Assembly: GCA_010909165.1 (NCBI GenBank)
Contig: MU008179.1
Span: 124,001-188,000 of the forward strand
Source: Anthoceros angustus
Taxonomy: Eukaryota > Plantae > Anthocerotophyta
Direction: 5' to 3'
Length of the DNA stretch: 64,000 nucleotides
The translations under genes and the position numbers were made by a program. Each line of letters starts with the position of its first letter. The first letter of the stretch is position 1. Below the pieces are notes generated by a model. It was not told the origin of the DNA and ran no database searches. It saw only the letters and a list, made by a program, of their open reading frames with translations. Of the stretch, positions 21,441 through 48,786 are shown piece after piece.

Positions 21441-22850
21441 GTAGTCCACACTTGTCGACCAGAAAACTGCCGTCCTCTACATTGCTAGTGTCCCGCCTCA
21501 TGTGTGGACACGGGTGGACGAGGTTTTCAATCTTTGGGAGAGGGGTGAGCTTCGAGCAAGGTAACAAGAAAGGCAGCAAGAGGGGAAATCAAAACGGGGG
21601 CCCGGACAGAGTGAGCGGATCCAAATTTGATTATAAAGCCAATGCATGCGACCAATTGAGAGTTTTCGGGCATGCCTGGGAAGCAGTGAAAGGATTATGC
21701 CTACTGGAGAAAGTGATTCAAGGCGAGTTGACCGTGAGCGCATGAAAACGTGGATAACGGCCAAGAAGTTGAATGTCATCCGCATGATTTTGCTCGACCG
21801 AGGTGCACCATTTGCGGTTGAGCGAGAATACCGAGGCACTCACACCGTAAGATATAGCGAAATTTCAACCGTGTTTGATCACATCAGGCATACTGTATTG
21901 TCCGCTCGAGCAAGTGCGCGAAACTAGTTTGCACTCGCCTTCATGTTGCACCTATGAACGCCTCCATCCCGTGTGCATAATCAAGCAGTAAGAGTACAAA
22001 GAGAAGATGATACCCGATAGCTTCAAAGAGCACATCAATGCGGCAAGAAATTGGAAGAGGGTGGAAGATTTGCAGAGAGTCAAGAGGAAGACAACGACGC
22101 AAAACTAGACATTTTCCATGTTCAAAAGCAAGCAAAGGTCCGCTTACTGTAATAACCGGTGATATTCGTGAAATGGCTGCCTACTTGGGGAAAAGAGAAT
22201 ACAGGCTGGGTGTCGATTTACCAAGGGGCAATTTATCGAGACATGGGATAAGGAGATGACATGTGAGGATTTGGAGAAGATAATGGATGGATTCATGACA
22301 ATCACCGAATGCAAGACTTTCCGTGATATTCATGCATGGACGAATGAAGGATGTCCGAAATGCCTGCGAAAATGGTGTGAAAAGGGGTTTATACAATGGT
22401 GCAGGAGAAAGACAACTTGGTTTTGGACGAGGGACTTTACGAGAATCATGAGTACATGATGGGGTATGGTGTTCACCCAACTATTGAAGATATGAGGAAG
22501 TGCGTGCATTGTCCAATAGTCAATGAGATTGGAGCAATGCTGCGTTTATTCGACATAAGCGGTCGTGAAGAAACTTTTGAATGTGTCCAACGATGGCCAT
22601 GTTGTGTCTCCTTACCAAAAGCCAATAGGGTTGATGGTCCTGCTATACGACCTTTTCACAGAAAGAGGGGAATGGGTTATAGATGGATGCTCGGGAAGCG
22701 GGAGTGGAATACTTGCGGCATTACTGGAAGGGCGGAACTGTATTGCTGTTGACCAAGAACAGAGGAGCACAATATTCATCGAACAGCGTATTACAGGCCA
22801 TGAAGTGTTTCCTACAGACGAGGAAGAGTTGACCACCAAACCACACAAAC
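21440..22850 (+). pseudogene. Beta-class DNA amino-methyltransferase (N6_N4_Mtase-like), copy 2, 5'-truncated, frameshifted
   Basis: LTVITGDIRE, VDLPRG (22215-22229), TWDKE, ENHEYMM, then open frame VVSPYQKPIGLMVLLYDLFTERGEWVIDGCSGSGSGILAALLEGRNCIAVDQE (22601-22760), the classic QKP / DxxxGSG / GRxxIxxD C-terminal half. Confidence 0.85.
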
Positions 22851-23489
22851 GTGGACATCCGGTTTTTTTTGCCAAAGAGATGGCAGCAGGGAGATCAGTT
22901 AAGCCCAGGGCCGCAACGCTACACTTGGTTCAAGGAACATGCGCACCCATCGACCTTCAAGACTTGAGTCAATCACGGGGCCCCAAGAAGAAGGAGAAGA
23001 TGGCAAAAAGGTCCGGAAAACCCTAAGAACCCGGGGAAAAGAAGTGCGAAGGGCGAAAGCGACCCTACTTGGGACAACCAACATCCAGAGCGTTTGGTTT
23101 TGGCGAATCCCAAGGTGGAGAAAGCGCCATATCTTCCTCTTGCTATTCACGATCCATAGCAAGAGAACGATGACATCGTCGTCCAGGACGGAAAGACAAC
23201 ATTCGCCAAACTAGCTAGAAACATACACCGTTGTCAAGTGTTGGAGACTGTTTAAATGTGAGTGCGCGCACAAGTTTGTGCACAAATAGCGTGGCCAGTC
23301 TGAAGGAAAAAGCCGATCGTGAATGTCTCTGGATGGTTTTCCCTCGTAATTCCGATGCACAATGTGACATATCGTGTATCGCAACAATAATTGAAATGTT
23401 TGCGGGTGACATGTCAGGGGAGAAATACCAAAAAGGCTGATTCCAGTGCGATTCCAGCGTGTGCGAAGGTCCAGAAATGTCCATAGCAA

Positions 23490-23930
23490 AAAGGGGTTTC
23501 GGGAGAAACCCTTTGGCTGACTGAGAGGCTAACCCCATTCTTGCGGTGTGATAAGCCTTAGCGCAGCCTTGACATGACGAGAAATCCTTGCCCATAGCTC
23601 CGTGAGTCTCGATGGCAAGGGGAAAGGGTAGGCCCCTGCGGAGAGAGTACTTGGACCTTAGCGTCACAAGATCCTCCGCCGCCCAACCTGGAGGGTTGAG
23701 GATAACATGTTCGCAGACACTGTCCCGGGTGGGATCAGTTACAACCACATCAGCAACCAAAACCTAATTCCCCTCGGTCAAAACTAGATCAGACCTAAGC
23801 GAAACCTCATTGAGCAGGGTGTAAGGGCCCTCCCTAAATGGAAGGAACCCGCCTTCCCTAGCAATAGAGAACATGACGTCCCGGACGGCGTCATGCGTAG
23901 CGATACGCTGCCCACTCGCGGGACATATCA
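23490..23930 (-). mobile_element. 5'-truncated RLE-type (restriction-like endonuclease) non-LTR retrotransposon fragment
   Basis: LICPASGQRIATHDAVRD (end of CCHC motif), LRSDLV, VADVVVTDP, PGWAA..RSKY..FPLAIETHGAMG. Confidence 0.78.
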
Positions 23931-24865
23931 ATGTATCTAAAGTCTAGACTAATTGTATATAACTATATTTATGGCTTTTATTGAAATTGAGAAATCAAAT
24001 GCTTATTGGATTACTATTGACTGTCTTCGATTTATTTTTGTTGTATAAGGTGATTTCTTAGTTGATTAAACTATTTTTTTCTTTACTCATCCTTATTGCG
24101 GACTATCCAATTGCTCTGTGTTAATACTCAATAATGGATATTACACTGATAAAAAAAATGACTTGAAGCTTTGTTATAAATGAATTTACTTGCAAAATTT
24201 TGAACCTTACTTACTAAAAGATTATTCTTGGATCTAAGTCCACAAGTGCTTCTCCTAACTTCATTTCTTTCCATAGATCCAGAACCTTTATAGTTTTCAT
24301 CTTCTTTCCTCCTCAAGTGCAAGCACAACATTTCATAAACAAATGAAAGATTAATGTTGTGGTGTTAACTGCAACATGCAAGTGTGCTAGGAGACTCTTA
24401 ATTAAAGATGGCATTGTGGAACATGTTCCACAAGTTGACAAGTAACGAGTTTCATTTTTGTTGCAACAAACTCAAGAGCATGTATTGAACCCGGACGAGC
24501 TGTAGGAATTTGTTGGAAACGGAGATCAGAACCAGCACTCTGATGGAATCTTGGTCGGCTTGCCGCTGAGAACGTAGATGACTTTCAATAAGAAAGTCCG
24601 CAAATATTAGGAATTTTTGGGACCAACGTGATTTTCAGGACGATTTAACCAATAGGGGAGCAAACAGGGCCCCAAAACTAGACCATCCGCACAGCTTGAC
24701 AAAACAAGTTGTACACTCACTTCGCGACCTCAAAAATGAATCAGCACCTCGAAAATTGCCTACGTAGATCTCCAGCTCACCAGATGCCAGCTGCTAATCA
24801 CCAGTGGCACAAACAGAAAGAATGGCGCAGAAGGCACAGAACAAATTTCTGTATCCAACTGCTAT

Positions 24866-39233
<14,368 letters not shown>

Positions 39234-39901
39234 TACGGCACAGCTATCCGAATCCAAACTCCTGAGGGGCGATCCATCAACCCTGAACCGGATCCATCAT
39301 GTACATATTCCACATAGCATTCATCCACAAAGAAGCATCAAACCTGAATTCCACGGAGCTCAGATCCGCTCAATACATCAAGCGTCCGACCAGTGATCCA
39401 GACTTGTGGGAAATTCGTGCGCGTGGCAAAATCCTGGACTCCAACCACAACGCTGCCCGGATTTCCAAGAATGTGGGAAAGACTATCACGCCTCCTCGCC
39501 CAGCGATTTCCGAGCCCAGCCAAGCCACCTCACCGCGCCGCAGCGGCACCCGGAAGCACACCACGTCGCGTCGGCAAGCTAATTTAGTGAGGACTTCACT
39601 TTATCAGCTACACTACTACACGCCTGGTCACAGGCTAGTAAAGCCTCCACAATCCACCCCTCCAACGTTCCACATTTACTGCGTCTACCTGGGCCGGAAA
39701 CGTGCAGTACGTGGAAGACAAGAGCAGGGGATACAAGGTGAAATGTACGTAGACATTGATACGATCCAAAAAATTCGACCGAGCTCGCCCTAAGGATCTC
39801 TTAAAAGTCGAGTACCTAGCTGATTGACCAGGCAAATGGAAATCGGATAAATTGAGGGAGCGAATGCGCTCTTTCTCTCACTGTACCTACGTGTGCTCCA
39901 G

Positions 39902-42900
39902 TTAAGCCTCGCAGGCAACTGTGCGTACGCAGTCCAGATGGGCCAGATAGTTGCTTTCCGCAAAATCGTGCATCGTCCGGTACCCTGGACGACTCGGGTC
40001 AAAATTGTCGACTTGTTCCGAATGGCGCGCTCTCTTGCTTTTCGACGAATCCTGCGGTCAGTGACTGATCGTTTCAGACAAACTTGGCATACCAAGAAGA
40101 ATGGAAGACGCCCAGGCTGAGACAGTACCTGAAGGCATCGCAACATCTGCTCTTCAATGGTGCCGGACATAGCTAAAGTTTCCACCAAGACAGGGCGGGT
40201 GGCACCCAGCCGGTGCGCTCTGCTTACTACTTGCTCCTCGACACTGAATTAACGCCATCAATAAAACATAAGCTGTTTGTTATAAAGGTTACTTGCTTCA
40301 AACAAGCAGCAAAGAAAATAAATAACTTGGGTCGCTCGTACCTGCGGTCCCATATTGGTTCCATGAGATACACGTGAGTCACAAAGCTTAAATCCAGTCC
40401 CAAGGCAGCACTCGAATCCATCACCAGAACCATGCACTCTGGATCTCCTTGAAAGGTATGCAGTGATTTCACCTGCACACGAAAATTCCCTGTGAGCAAC
40501 GGTTATGGCAAACTCGAAGCTGGTAGACCTCTAAAACACGGACGCAACAGGTGAATCCAGCCTGTTCTAAAAGACCCACCTTATTTACAGAGTGCATTGG
40601 GCTATACATTCCAACGTGCTCCAGCTTCGCGTGACTTAACTGAACAAACCACCTGCTATGTTAGAGGTTGGAACGAGCCTGAACAGTCACATGAACAAAT
40701 CCCACACGAAGACCAGACCAAAACCACCCCAAATGTAAGCAGATGAAGGTGCCATATTTATGGTCGTCAAACATTTCGATCCTGTCACATCAGGCAAGCT
40801 TGCACATGGCGCTCTTAAGCTTGCAGATGAGCCGTTTGCAAGTTTACGCTGGCTTTCTTTCTTCATGTGACAACGATAAGTCCTTGACAACCATAATAAA
40901 CATCACTTCTAACATATGCAAGTCTATCAATGAATAATGACACACAGAAGAGACATTCCACCTTCCATCTGCAAGTCTAGCAATGTGAAGTTCTTAGAAA
41001 CTCAGCACCTCAAGGCAACCAATCCAATCCACAGAATACACACGAGTAAGCAACCTGTTTCTCCACCACATTTATGTGCTCCAAGAATTGAGAAAAGACA
41101 ATGGCCTTCGGAGGCATTGTCTTGCTCGACCTTGTGCACCACGAATGCTTCATACCAAGTAGTATCTCATCCGAAATTTCCCTAACATCTGGTTCAAAAT
41201 TTTCTGTTGCCTGAGATTCATAAGCCACCTGCAAAGCCTTCAACTCATTAATTAGATAAGACACCTTGCTACTGGATGTGGATTGCCAGTCAGGATTCCA
41301 GTTGTCCTGTAAACATCCAACGAGGGCTGTCAGCCATTTTCGAGTACAAAGCAAGGCCCCTCCCCATTGCAGCCCCCACCATGCGAGAGTTCGTAGGTGT
41401 GGGAGGCTTTCAGATGATAATTAACGATCAGTGAGCCTCTACCTGAACATACGACGGCTGCAACTCAATCAAATCTTGTGGTACAGGCCATTTTGGATGC
41501 GGATTTTCTGGACGTGTTAAGTCTGCAGGGCTTTGCATCTTGTAGGGATTGCCACAGCCAGGCAAAGGGCACTTCTCAGAGTCCAACGCTGTGCAGGAGA
41601 GGCAGAGAAGGTGCCTGCATGGGGTCACAATTGGCAGCCTGCACCACTGCTTGCACCTGCAGGGCTCCACAAACGGCTGCAAAGTTTAGCAGTAGCAAGC
41701 CACACCACTTGCACAAGTACGGTGATATTTTGATGGAATATGATACAAGCAATAAACCCATCATTGCTGAATCGCAAATTGTCTCAAAGATGGACCCTAC
41801 AAGGAAAACAAACAGCATATACCTGTCACAATGGCTTCCGTCTAAGAGGGCACGCCGGATAGTGAGAAACGCTTCTGAAGCAGGATCCATACCCTGCTCC
41901 TCCAGCATGTCCATTGTTTCCTTGATATCCTCGCCAGCATTCCTAACCTTTATGTTGCCAGCAACACAACAGGATAGCCTTACATTCTTGATTGTGTTGC
42001 TTCTGAACTTCCATTGTCTTGGATTCAACAGCGACTCAACGTGAGACGGGTCATTCCAGTCTGCCATCAGAATATTCCTCTTGACAGTAACGACCAGTTC
42101 GTTGTAGCTGACTGCGTGCTTCTCTGTAAAACTTAGCAGCTTGATTTTTCTCACACATGGAGGAATTGTTTTGAGCTCAGCCTTCCTGGCACTTATCATA
42201 CACCGGTGCAAGAGATCCATCAGTCGTGAACGCCCCTCCTCCCGGCCATCTTGAAAAGGCCGCAAGATTGCACCCTCCCAAGATTTCTGTTGTTTGCCAT
42301 ACACATCTTCATGCAAAAACTTCAACATAGGCTGCAAATGAGCGACTTGACTGCTTGGAGTGTTTGGCATCGGTGTACCAGTTAGTATCCACCGTCGAGA
42401 TGCATGCATTGACATGGCCATCTGCAGTTTGTTTGTCAGGCTCAAACTGGCACCCAAAGTATGCCCCTCATCTAGCATGATGCGCAGCCAGTGGATGTGC
42501 ATGAGGGGACTGGTCTCTCTTACAGCCCACTCCATACTTAACCTCATGAAAGTGGTTATCACAATGTCATAGTCCCAGGCCAGATTGTGTGCAAGGGGGA
42601 CATTCTTCTGATCCACCCACACAAAAACTCGGAGCTGGCCAGCCTTCGTATGCTTCGCTATCTGATTCTTCCAATGATCCACCAGATTTTGAGGGACCAC
42701 AACAAGGGTTGCCCTTGATAGATATAGCCTCCTCACACCATCGACAGGTTCACTGTACGCTATCTTGAGTGCCTCAGAATCAAGAATGAGATTGTCCAAA
42801 CTTGCTGGGTACCGCCATCTTATCACTCCTCTTCCTCCCCTGCTTTCCACCAGCCCGAAAGCTCGAAACAGAGTAAAATAATGATGCCGATCATCCCCTG

Positions 42901-45319
42901 TAAATGATACAAGCCTTAGGCCCGGGGGAAGTTCAAGACCTGCAGTTGCCGCTTTGACTAGCTTTTCCACATTCTGACCTGCAAGCCACTCTAACGCCTT
43001 CTTTGTCTCAGAGTCCAACAGACAGGCATGCTCCTTAAGCACGCTTCTGAAGAACAAAACATTCTGCTCCTGCCCAGGGCTAACCCCAATACTCACAAAA
43101 CCAGGGAGGTTTCGGATGCACTCATCCAGGCCCCAGCTTTCTTCTGGGGATGAACACTCTTGTCGATCTGGATCCATGTTCATACTGCAAAACCAAGCCA
43201 GGCCTTCCTTGGGTGCTTCCATTCCCAAGGGGAGCTTCCGCCATTTCCTACAAGCATCACACTGCACCCATATCTCATCTGGCTCAGGATGAGTTTCACT
43301 AGAATTATGTGGTACTTGAGCTCGTGGTGCAGAGCTGTTAACCATAATAGCTGACTTACGGCCCCTGCCTCTCCTGCGCTGTGGGCTGTCTCCTGAAATA
43401 TCTGCTTCAAACAACCTCCTCCGAGGGCCTGGGGTTGTGGAAGTTCTTGACACCCTCGAACGTGTTTGCGAAGACCTTCCTCTGGACCTTCGGGCTCCAG
43501 ACTTTGACCTCTCCACCACATAATCAGAGTCTGAACCTTCTGTGTCTGAGGAAGCCCTGGACCTTTTACGGCCTCTAACAGATACGGGGGAGGATTCAAC
43601 AACACAAGGTTCTAATACAGCATCCTCAACTCCATTATTGAAACTGCGAGACTTCATCATCATACATCTCTTCATCAAGGAAACGCCCTGACTGGAGGCA
43701 TCTGCATTGATCTCATAGTATCCAACTTTTTCCTGAGATAAGCGTTCACACCAGCGGACCTGAACCCCATCAGGTGGTTCAGAGAGTGTTCCCTGAGTTT
43801 TAAGAATAAGGGACAAAGCAGTCACAGTCTTACCCAGACCAGGTTCATCGCAGAAGAGGCCCCCTCTAAAATCCTTCACTTCCTTGTGAGGAAAATCTGG
43901 TGAGAGCTCACCAGTGACACAATTCACGTGGTACGGAAGGCCATCTTCTGTTTGCAGTTCCCGGAACAAAGGATGTGAGAAGCTTTTGGGATGCAACTCC
44001 CTTTGCAGCATCCAGGACACAGCAGCCTGCTGATGTGGAAATAGTCTCAGCTTCATGCATGGCATAATGGATACAGCCAGCGACCTCGTATGCCTGCAGA
44101 CAGATGCGACTCTCACCAAATCCTTGGGCCCCAGTCGAGTCAAAATGGACACCAATAGCTCATCAGGAATATTCCATATACCAGATCCACCACCGGTGGC
44201 ACGATGCAGCTGTATGCATGAGACTTGTAAACCTGTGTCCTTGTTATAAGCAGGTAAACTCTGGAACATCGTAGGGAGGTCAAACCTAGTCTGCTTTTCC
44301 GCGTCCGACAGAGGCTTGTGGAGTTGGCAACCTAGAACGAGGCACTCCCCTACATCCCATATACTCGGCTCCCGTGACGACATAAAATCCGAAGATGCAG
44401 ATATCCTCTCGAGCATGGACCTGCGCTCCTTCCAGTCACAGCTGCATCCAAGCCTACCGTCAACCAAAAAAACGAGGAGAGAGAGAAATCCAGCAGCCTA
44501 CTTCCATCCGCAGCACTCGAGAAATCGTGAAAAAAAATAGCATACTCGACTAGCTCGTCAAGGATGCGAGAACCCCGACCGAGAGAGCTTGGAGCACCAA
44601 GATCGAACCTAACAGGAAGACGATTCTCGGTCAAGCAAAATTCACCTGAAATGACTAAAAGCAGCTGCGACTCCAACAGACGGCCTCCAGGAATTCCGCT
44701 CAGACCAGAAAGTGGCCGGCAAATAGAGATCCAGCATCACGACCGCCCGCGCCAATCCCCCGTGGCAAGAGACACCAAGAATCCGGCCCTGCAAGTCGGC
44801 CGCATTCCTGGCCACGAGAACCGCGAGCTGCTGCAAAATGCTGCTACAGGCAGCACTGCCAGCGGGGCCCTTCCTCTTCTGGCCGGCAACCGGGTCCTGG
44901 CTCTTGCGCTTGCGTCCTCGCGCAGCGCTCCTCCGGGGGCGATGGCCCTGCACAGAGGTGCACACGGGAGACTGCGCTTCATCCACGGTCACGGAGCTGT
45001 GCGAGGAGTCGAGTGGAGAGGAGCCGGAGTCGCTGCTGCCGCTGTTCCCGCCACTCCCTCCCGCCAGGGGGCGCAGCAAAACGGTGGAGTGCTCCACCGC
45101 GACGCAGGCGTCTGCGCCTCTGCCTTCCAGCCAGCAGGCGGCGCCGGGCTCTGCCCCGGCCATGTCCATCTTTCCCCGACCCCTAGCCGCCGCATTGTGG
45201 GACTCCGTGGACAGCTGCTGCTCCAATTCCCCATCCCCCTGGGCCCCCTGCGCAGGACACGGCTCCAGCACAAGGGTGATAAAGCCGCAGAGCTTGCGGT
45301 GCTGCTCCTGTGCCTGTTG

Positions 45320-45350
<31 letters not shown>

Positions 45351-45379
45351 GACCTCGAACACCGCCTGCGAGACGCCAT
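39902..45379 (-). CDS. F-box / CW-type zinc finger / SNF2 helicase / RING protein (At3g54460-like); multi-exon
   Basis: F-box [13 protein letters not shown]; [12 protein letters not shown]; [13 protein letters not shown]; [13 protein letters not shown]; LDEGH; RWILTGTP; [10 protein letters not shown]; last exon [17 protein letters not shown]. Confidence 0.93.
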
Positions 45380-45799
45380 GCCTCGGACGCTGGATCCACA
45401 AGACGACTCAATCCGAGTCCCCGGCAGTGGCAGGCCCCGGCGGCCGTGTCCGGGGAGAAACAGCAACTCATGCGTTTTGGTCTAATCGAATCGCATCATC
45501 ACAGCTTAGCGTGCCAATCTCAGGCTCCCCGATGAGCAGGGTCTGTGTCCGGGTCCCCGCTGTCCTAAACTTTGCGCAACAACCGTTGGTTATCTTCGGT
45601 GTGCATATGTACTGTACTGTACCGCCGTGGCCGGCCATCCGGTCAAACTTCGGTGTTCCTATGCACATACGGTCCATCACAGTGCCAAAACCTATCCCGT
45701 TCCTACAGGTTTCTTGTACATACACAGGACCTATACATATAGGCTTTGTTCGTCGTTGGCTTTCTAGTGGTATACATATGTATGGGGTTCGTTAGTGAC

Positions 45800-46300
45800 C
45801 ACATCACCTTCGAGGCACCTTCAACCCTAAATCCTAAGAACTGAGAAGGTGAAGGGCTTCTGAACCCAAGATCTCTGCTACGGTACCCCGCTAAAAGAAG
45901 TGTGCATGTTGCCACAGTTCTTTGACCACGTCCGTCCAACACTGTTTGAGTGTCTTCAAAGCTGCCACACTTTGCAGAGATGTCCACAAACATGTTAGGC
46001 TCAATCCCACTGGCCAACACATCAGCATGCACCTTCTGCCCAGTTTTCAAGTCTGCGCCCCTTGAACAAGCCGGAAGGGTTGCTACAAGCACATGGCCAT
46101 CTGGCTCCAGGATGTGGTTGCTCAAGAAAGTGTTCGACTCGTAGCACCCGGGCCTTTTCACAATAAAAGCATGGGCACACGACCCTGAACAAGATCCCTT
46201 CGTCGTCCGAACTGCCCAACTTTGCAGCACAGAATAAAAGACAGACAGAGAAATCCCGCAGTTTGTCTGCACCAGATTGCCCACAGCCTCAACAGCATCG
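45800..46300 (-). pseudogene. Degenerate PLS-class PPR fragment
   Basis: LPACSRGADLKTGQKVHADVLASGIEPNMFVDISAKCGSFEDTQTVLD..RTVAT; deleted repeat segments. Confidence 0.7.
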
Positions 46301-46587
46301 GTGAGCTGCCTTGCTGACATAGCTGGCTACGGTTTCCGCCTAGCGGACCTTCCGTGTCCTACAGGCCTGCGAGGGTCGCGACCATCGTGCACGCTGCATG
46401 CCAGCATCTGCATATCAAGACTCCAGAGCAACTGCGCATCCACCCAACCTGGCTTCCAGGAGTTCTTCAGCCAGAGCTCCTGGCTCCGACCTGCCCAGCC
46501 AGTCATTGTCTTACACTAGCTGAGCTCGTTGCAGGGCCTTCCTCGTGCAACTGTTGTCCCACCGGTCTCTGTTTGCAGGTTCCAAAT

Positions 46588-48786
46588 ATGACAGCTGTCC
46601 CAGCAAAAGGCCGTGTCGCAATCTTCCATGTATTACAGAGAACGGGACTGGGTTCCCTTTCATGTTCGGAGACTTCACTGATCGAGTTGCAAGTCCTACA
46701 TGCCGCCGGCCTTGCCATTACGTTCATTGGACCCTACAACCTCCTTCGATCTTCCCACCACCCGTCCTCGTGCGATGAACATGCTGAGGCCGAAGATGGT
46801 TGACCTGTGTCGATTTGCCTTACTCCGTCCTTATTTCCAGTACGGGCTTGCCCTGCAGGTTGGTGGTGAGCAGAGGAACTGGTGTGGATCTGCGGTGAGC
46901 AGCCGACAAGAACCTGTGACGGAGACGCAGACGTTACGCAGAGTTCAATTGGTCCCCGATGCACCTCCTCCAAGTTTGCACCAACTCGAACGTCTGTACG
47001 ACTTTATGGTTGGAAGGTACAGAGGGAAGCATGCCGTGCCCAAGGCCATCTTTGCGCAATCAAGTGTAGGACTTTCTTGTCTGGCAGATGGACTGGGTTG
47101 ATGCTGGTCTTCGCTTTACGGAATCAGGTTCACCGCTGCGTTTTTTGTGTTGTGTGCTTTAATCAGGTCCGCTGCTACATGTTGTGTTGTTGGTGTAATT
47201 GCAGCAAACGGCTCGTGGTTTTGACAGGTGCTGGAGTGAGTACTGAAAGTGGAATCCCTGATTATAGAAGGTGGATCTCTGACGTGCCTGGAGAGGTCTC
47301 CTGTTTTTCTTCAAATGTAGCTTAAGCCCCTATCTTGTTTACATGTGGCCAGCCCGAATGGAGCTTACAGCACTGGATTCAAGCCCATAACCCACCAAGT
47401 AAACCACGCAGTGCAGTGTGCCCTTATGCTTGATATTGCTCTACATGGCATCCCTTTCAGCAGGATCACACACACCGGCCAGCAGACAGCATTTATCATG
47501 AGCTACTTCTGCGCAGGAATTTGTTCGCTCAGCTGCGAGTCGTCGGAGATACTGGGCAAGAAGTTATGCAGGTTGGTACCGATTTGTTGCAGCCAAACCG
47601 GGTGCTACTCATCTTGCACTCTCACAGCTCGAGGCAAGAGGTCACTTAACGGGTTTAATCACTCAGAATGTTGATAGGTGAGTGACTTGTGGTATTTATG
47701 ACAAGTCCTGGTTGTTGTCATGGTACATGCATTCTGTGAATTGGGGAACAAACTTTTAGCAGCACCCGTACCTCTCTGCTGGCAGACTCCATCATAGGGC
47801 TGGCAGTGATCCAATTGAGCTTCACGGAACAACTCACAACGTGGTGTGCCTAGGCTGTGGCAACTTGATCAGCCGTGCTGCATTTCAAGAGAGGCTGAAG
47901 CAGCTTAACACAGAGGTATTTAGCGTTGTGGTTGACAACATCTGACGCTGTTGAACTGTGCTGACACCAACCTAGCGCTTTCTGCTGAAACAGTGGTGTC
48001 TAGCACTTGAGGTGGTCATGGCAGGAGAGCCAGGATCAGATGCAAGTTTTGGAATGAAGCAACGGCCAGATGGTGACGTTGAGATCGGGGACGAGTTTGT
48101 CCAGAAGGATAACTTCCACATTCCAGCTTGTGAGAACTGTGGAGGCATTTGTAAGCCTGATGTACGACTCTGACTATTTAGAATGTCTGTTAAGTGATGC
48201 ACAAGGGAAGGGCTGTTATATTGTGGCGTCTACTGTTTCAACGACATTGGTTTGCTGAGCTGCTGCATTTCCATCAGTCTCTGGATGAAACGAAAACAGG
48301 TGCCCTTGTGTAGGTGGTTCTGTTTGGGGACAACGTCCCATTAGCCAGAGTGGAGGCTGCATCATCAATGGTGAAAGGGGCTGATGCAGTGCTAGTTGTG
48401 GGGTCCTCGCTGATGGTTCTGTCAGCTTTCCGTCTTGCTAGGTACTGGCTCGCTCTTTGTTACAGCTGCTTTGTGCACAGATACCCTAGTACTGCCCTGG
48501 TACGCATGGACCGGTCGTCTAACAGCGTTCTTGCTTCCAATTGCAGAGCAGCTCATGAGGGTGGAGCACCTATAGCAGTTGTGAACATTGGCCCAACGCG
48601 TGCAGATGATTTCGTATCTCTGAAGGTTGAATCTCGGTCTGGAGAGGTAATTGTGTCATTGCAATATGGTACTGTGACTGTTTGGGTCAGAAGGATGAAA
48701 TGGCTGATGATGTGCTTCATATGTGGGCACAGATTTTGCCGAGACTCTTGTCTATGGGAGCCTTGAACATACCTGCATCAAAGTAG
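46588..48786 (+). CDS. SRT2: NAD-dependent deacetylase sirtuin (class II, SIRT4-like); multi-exon; start codon uncertain
   Basis: [108 protein letters not shown]. Confidence 0.95.

Noticed and set aside
7990-22850. MTases as bacterial contamination or a restriction-modification operon
   Set aside because: They are embedded among plant retrotransposons and spliced genes, with no cognate endonuclease or operon structure visible.
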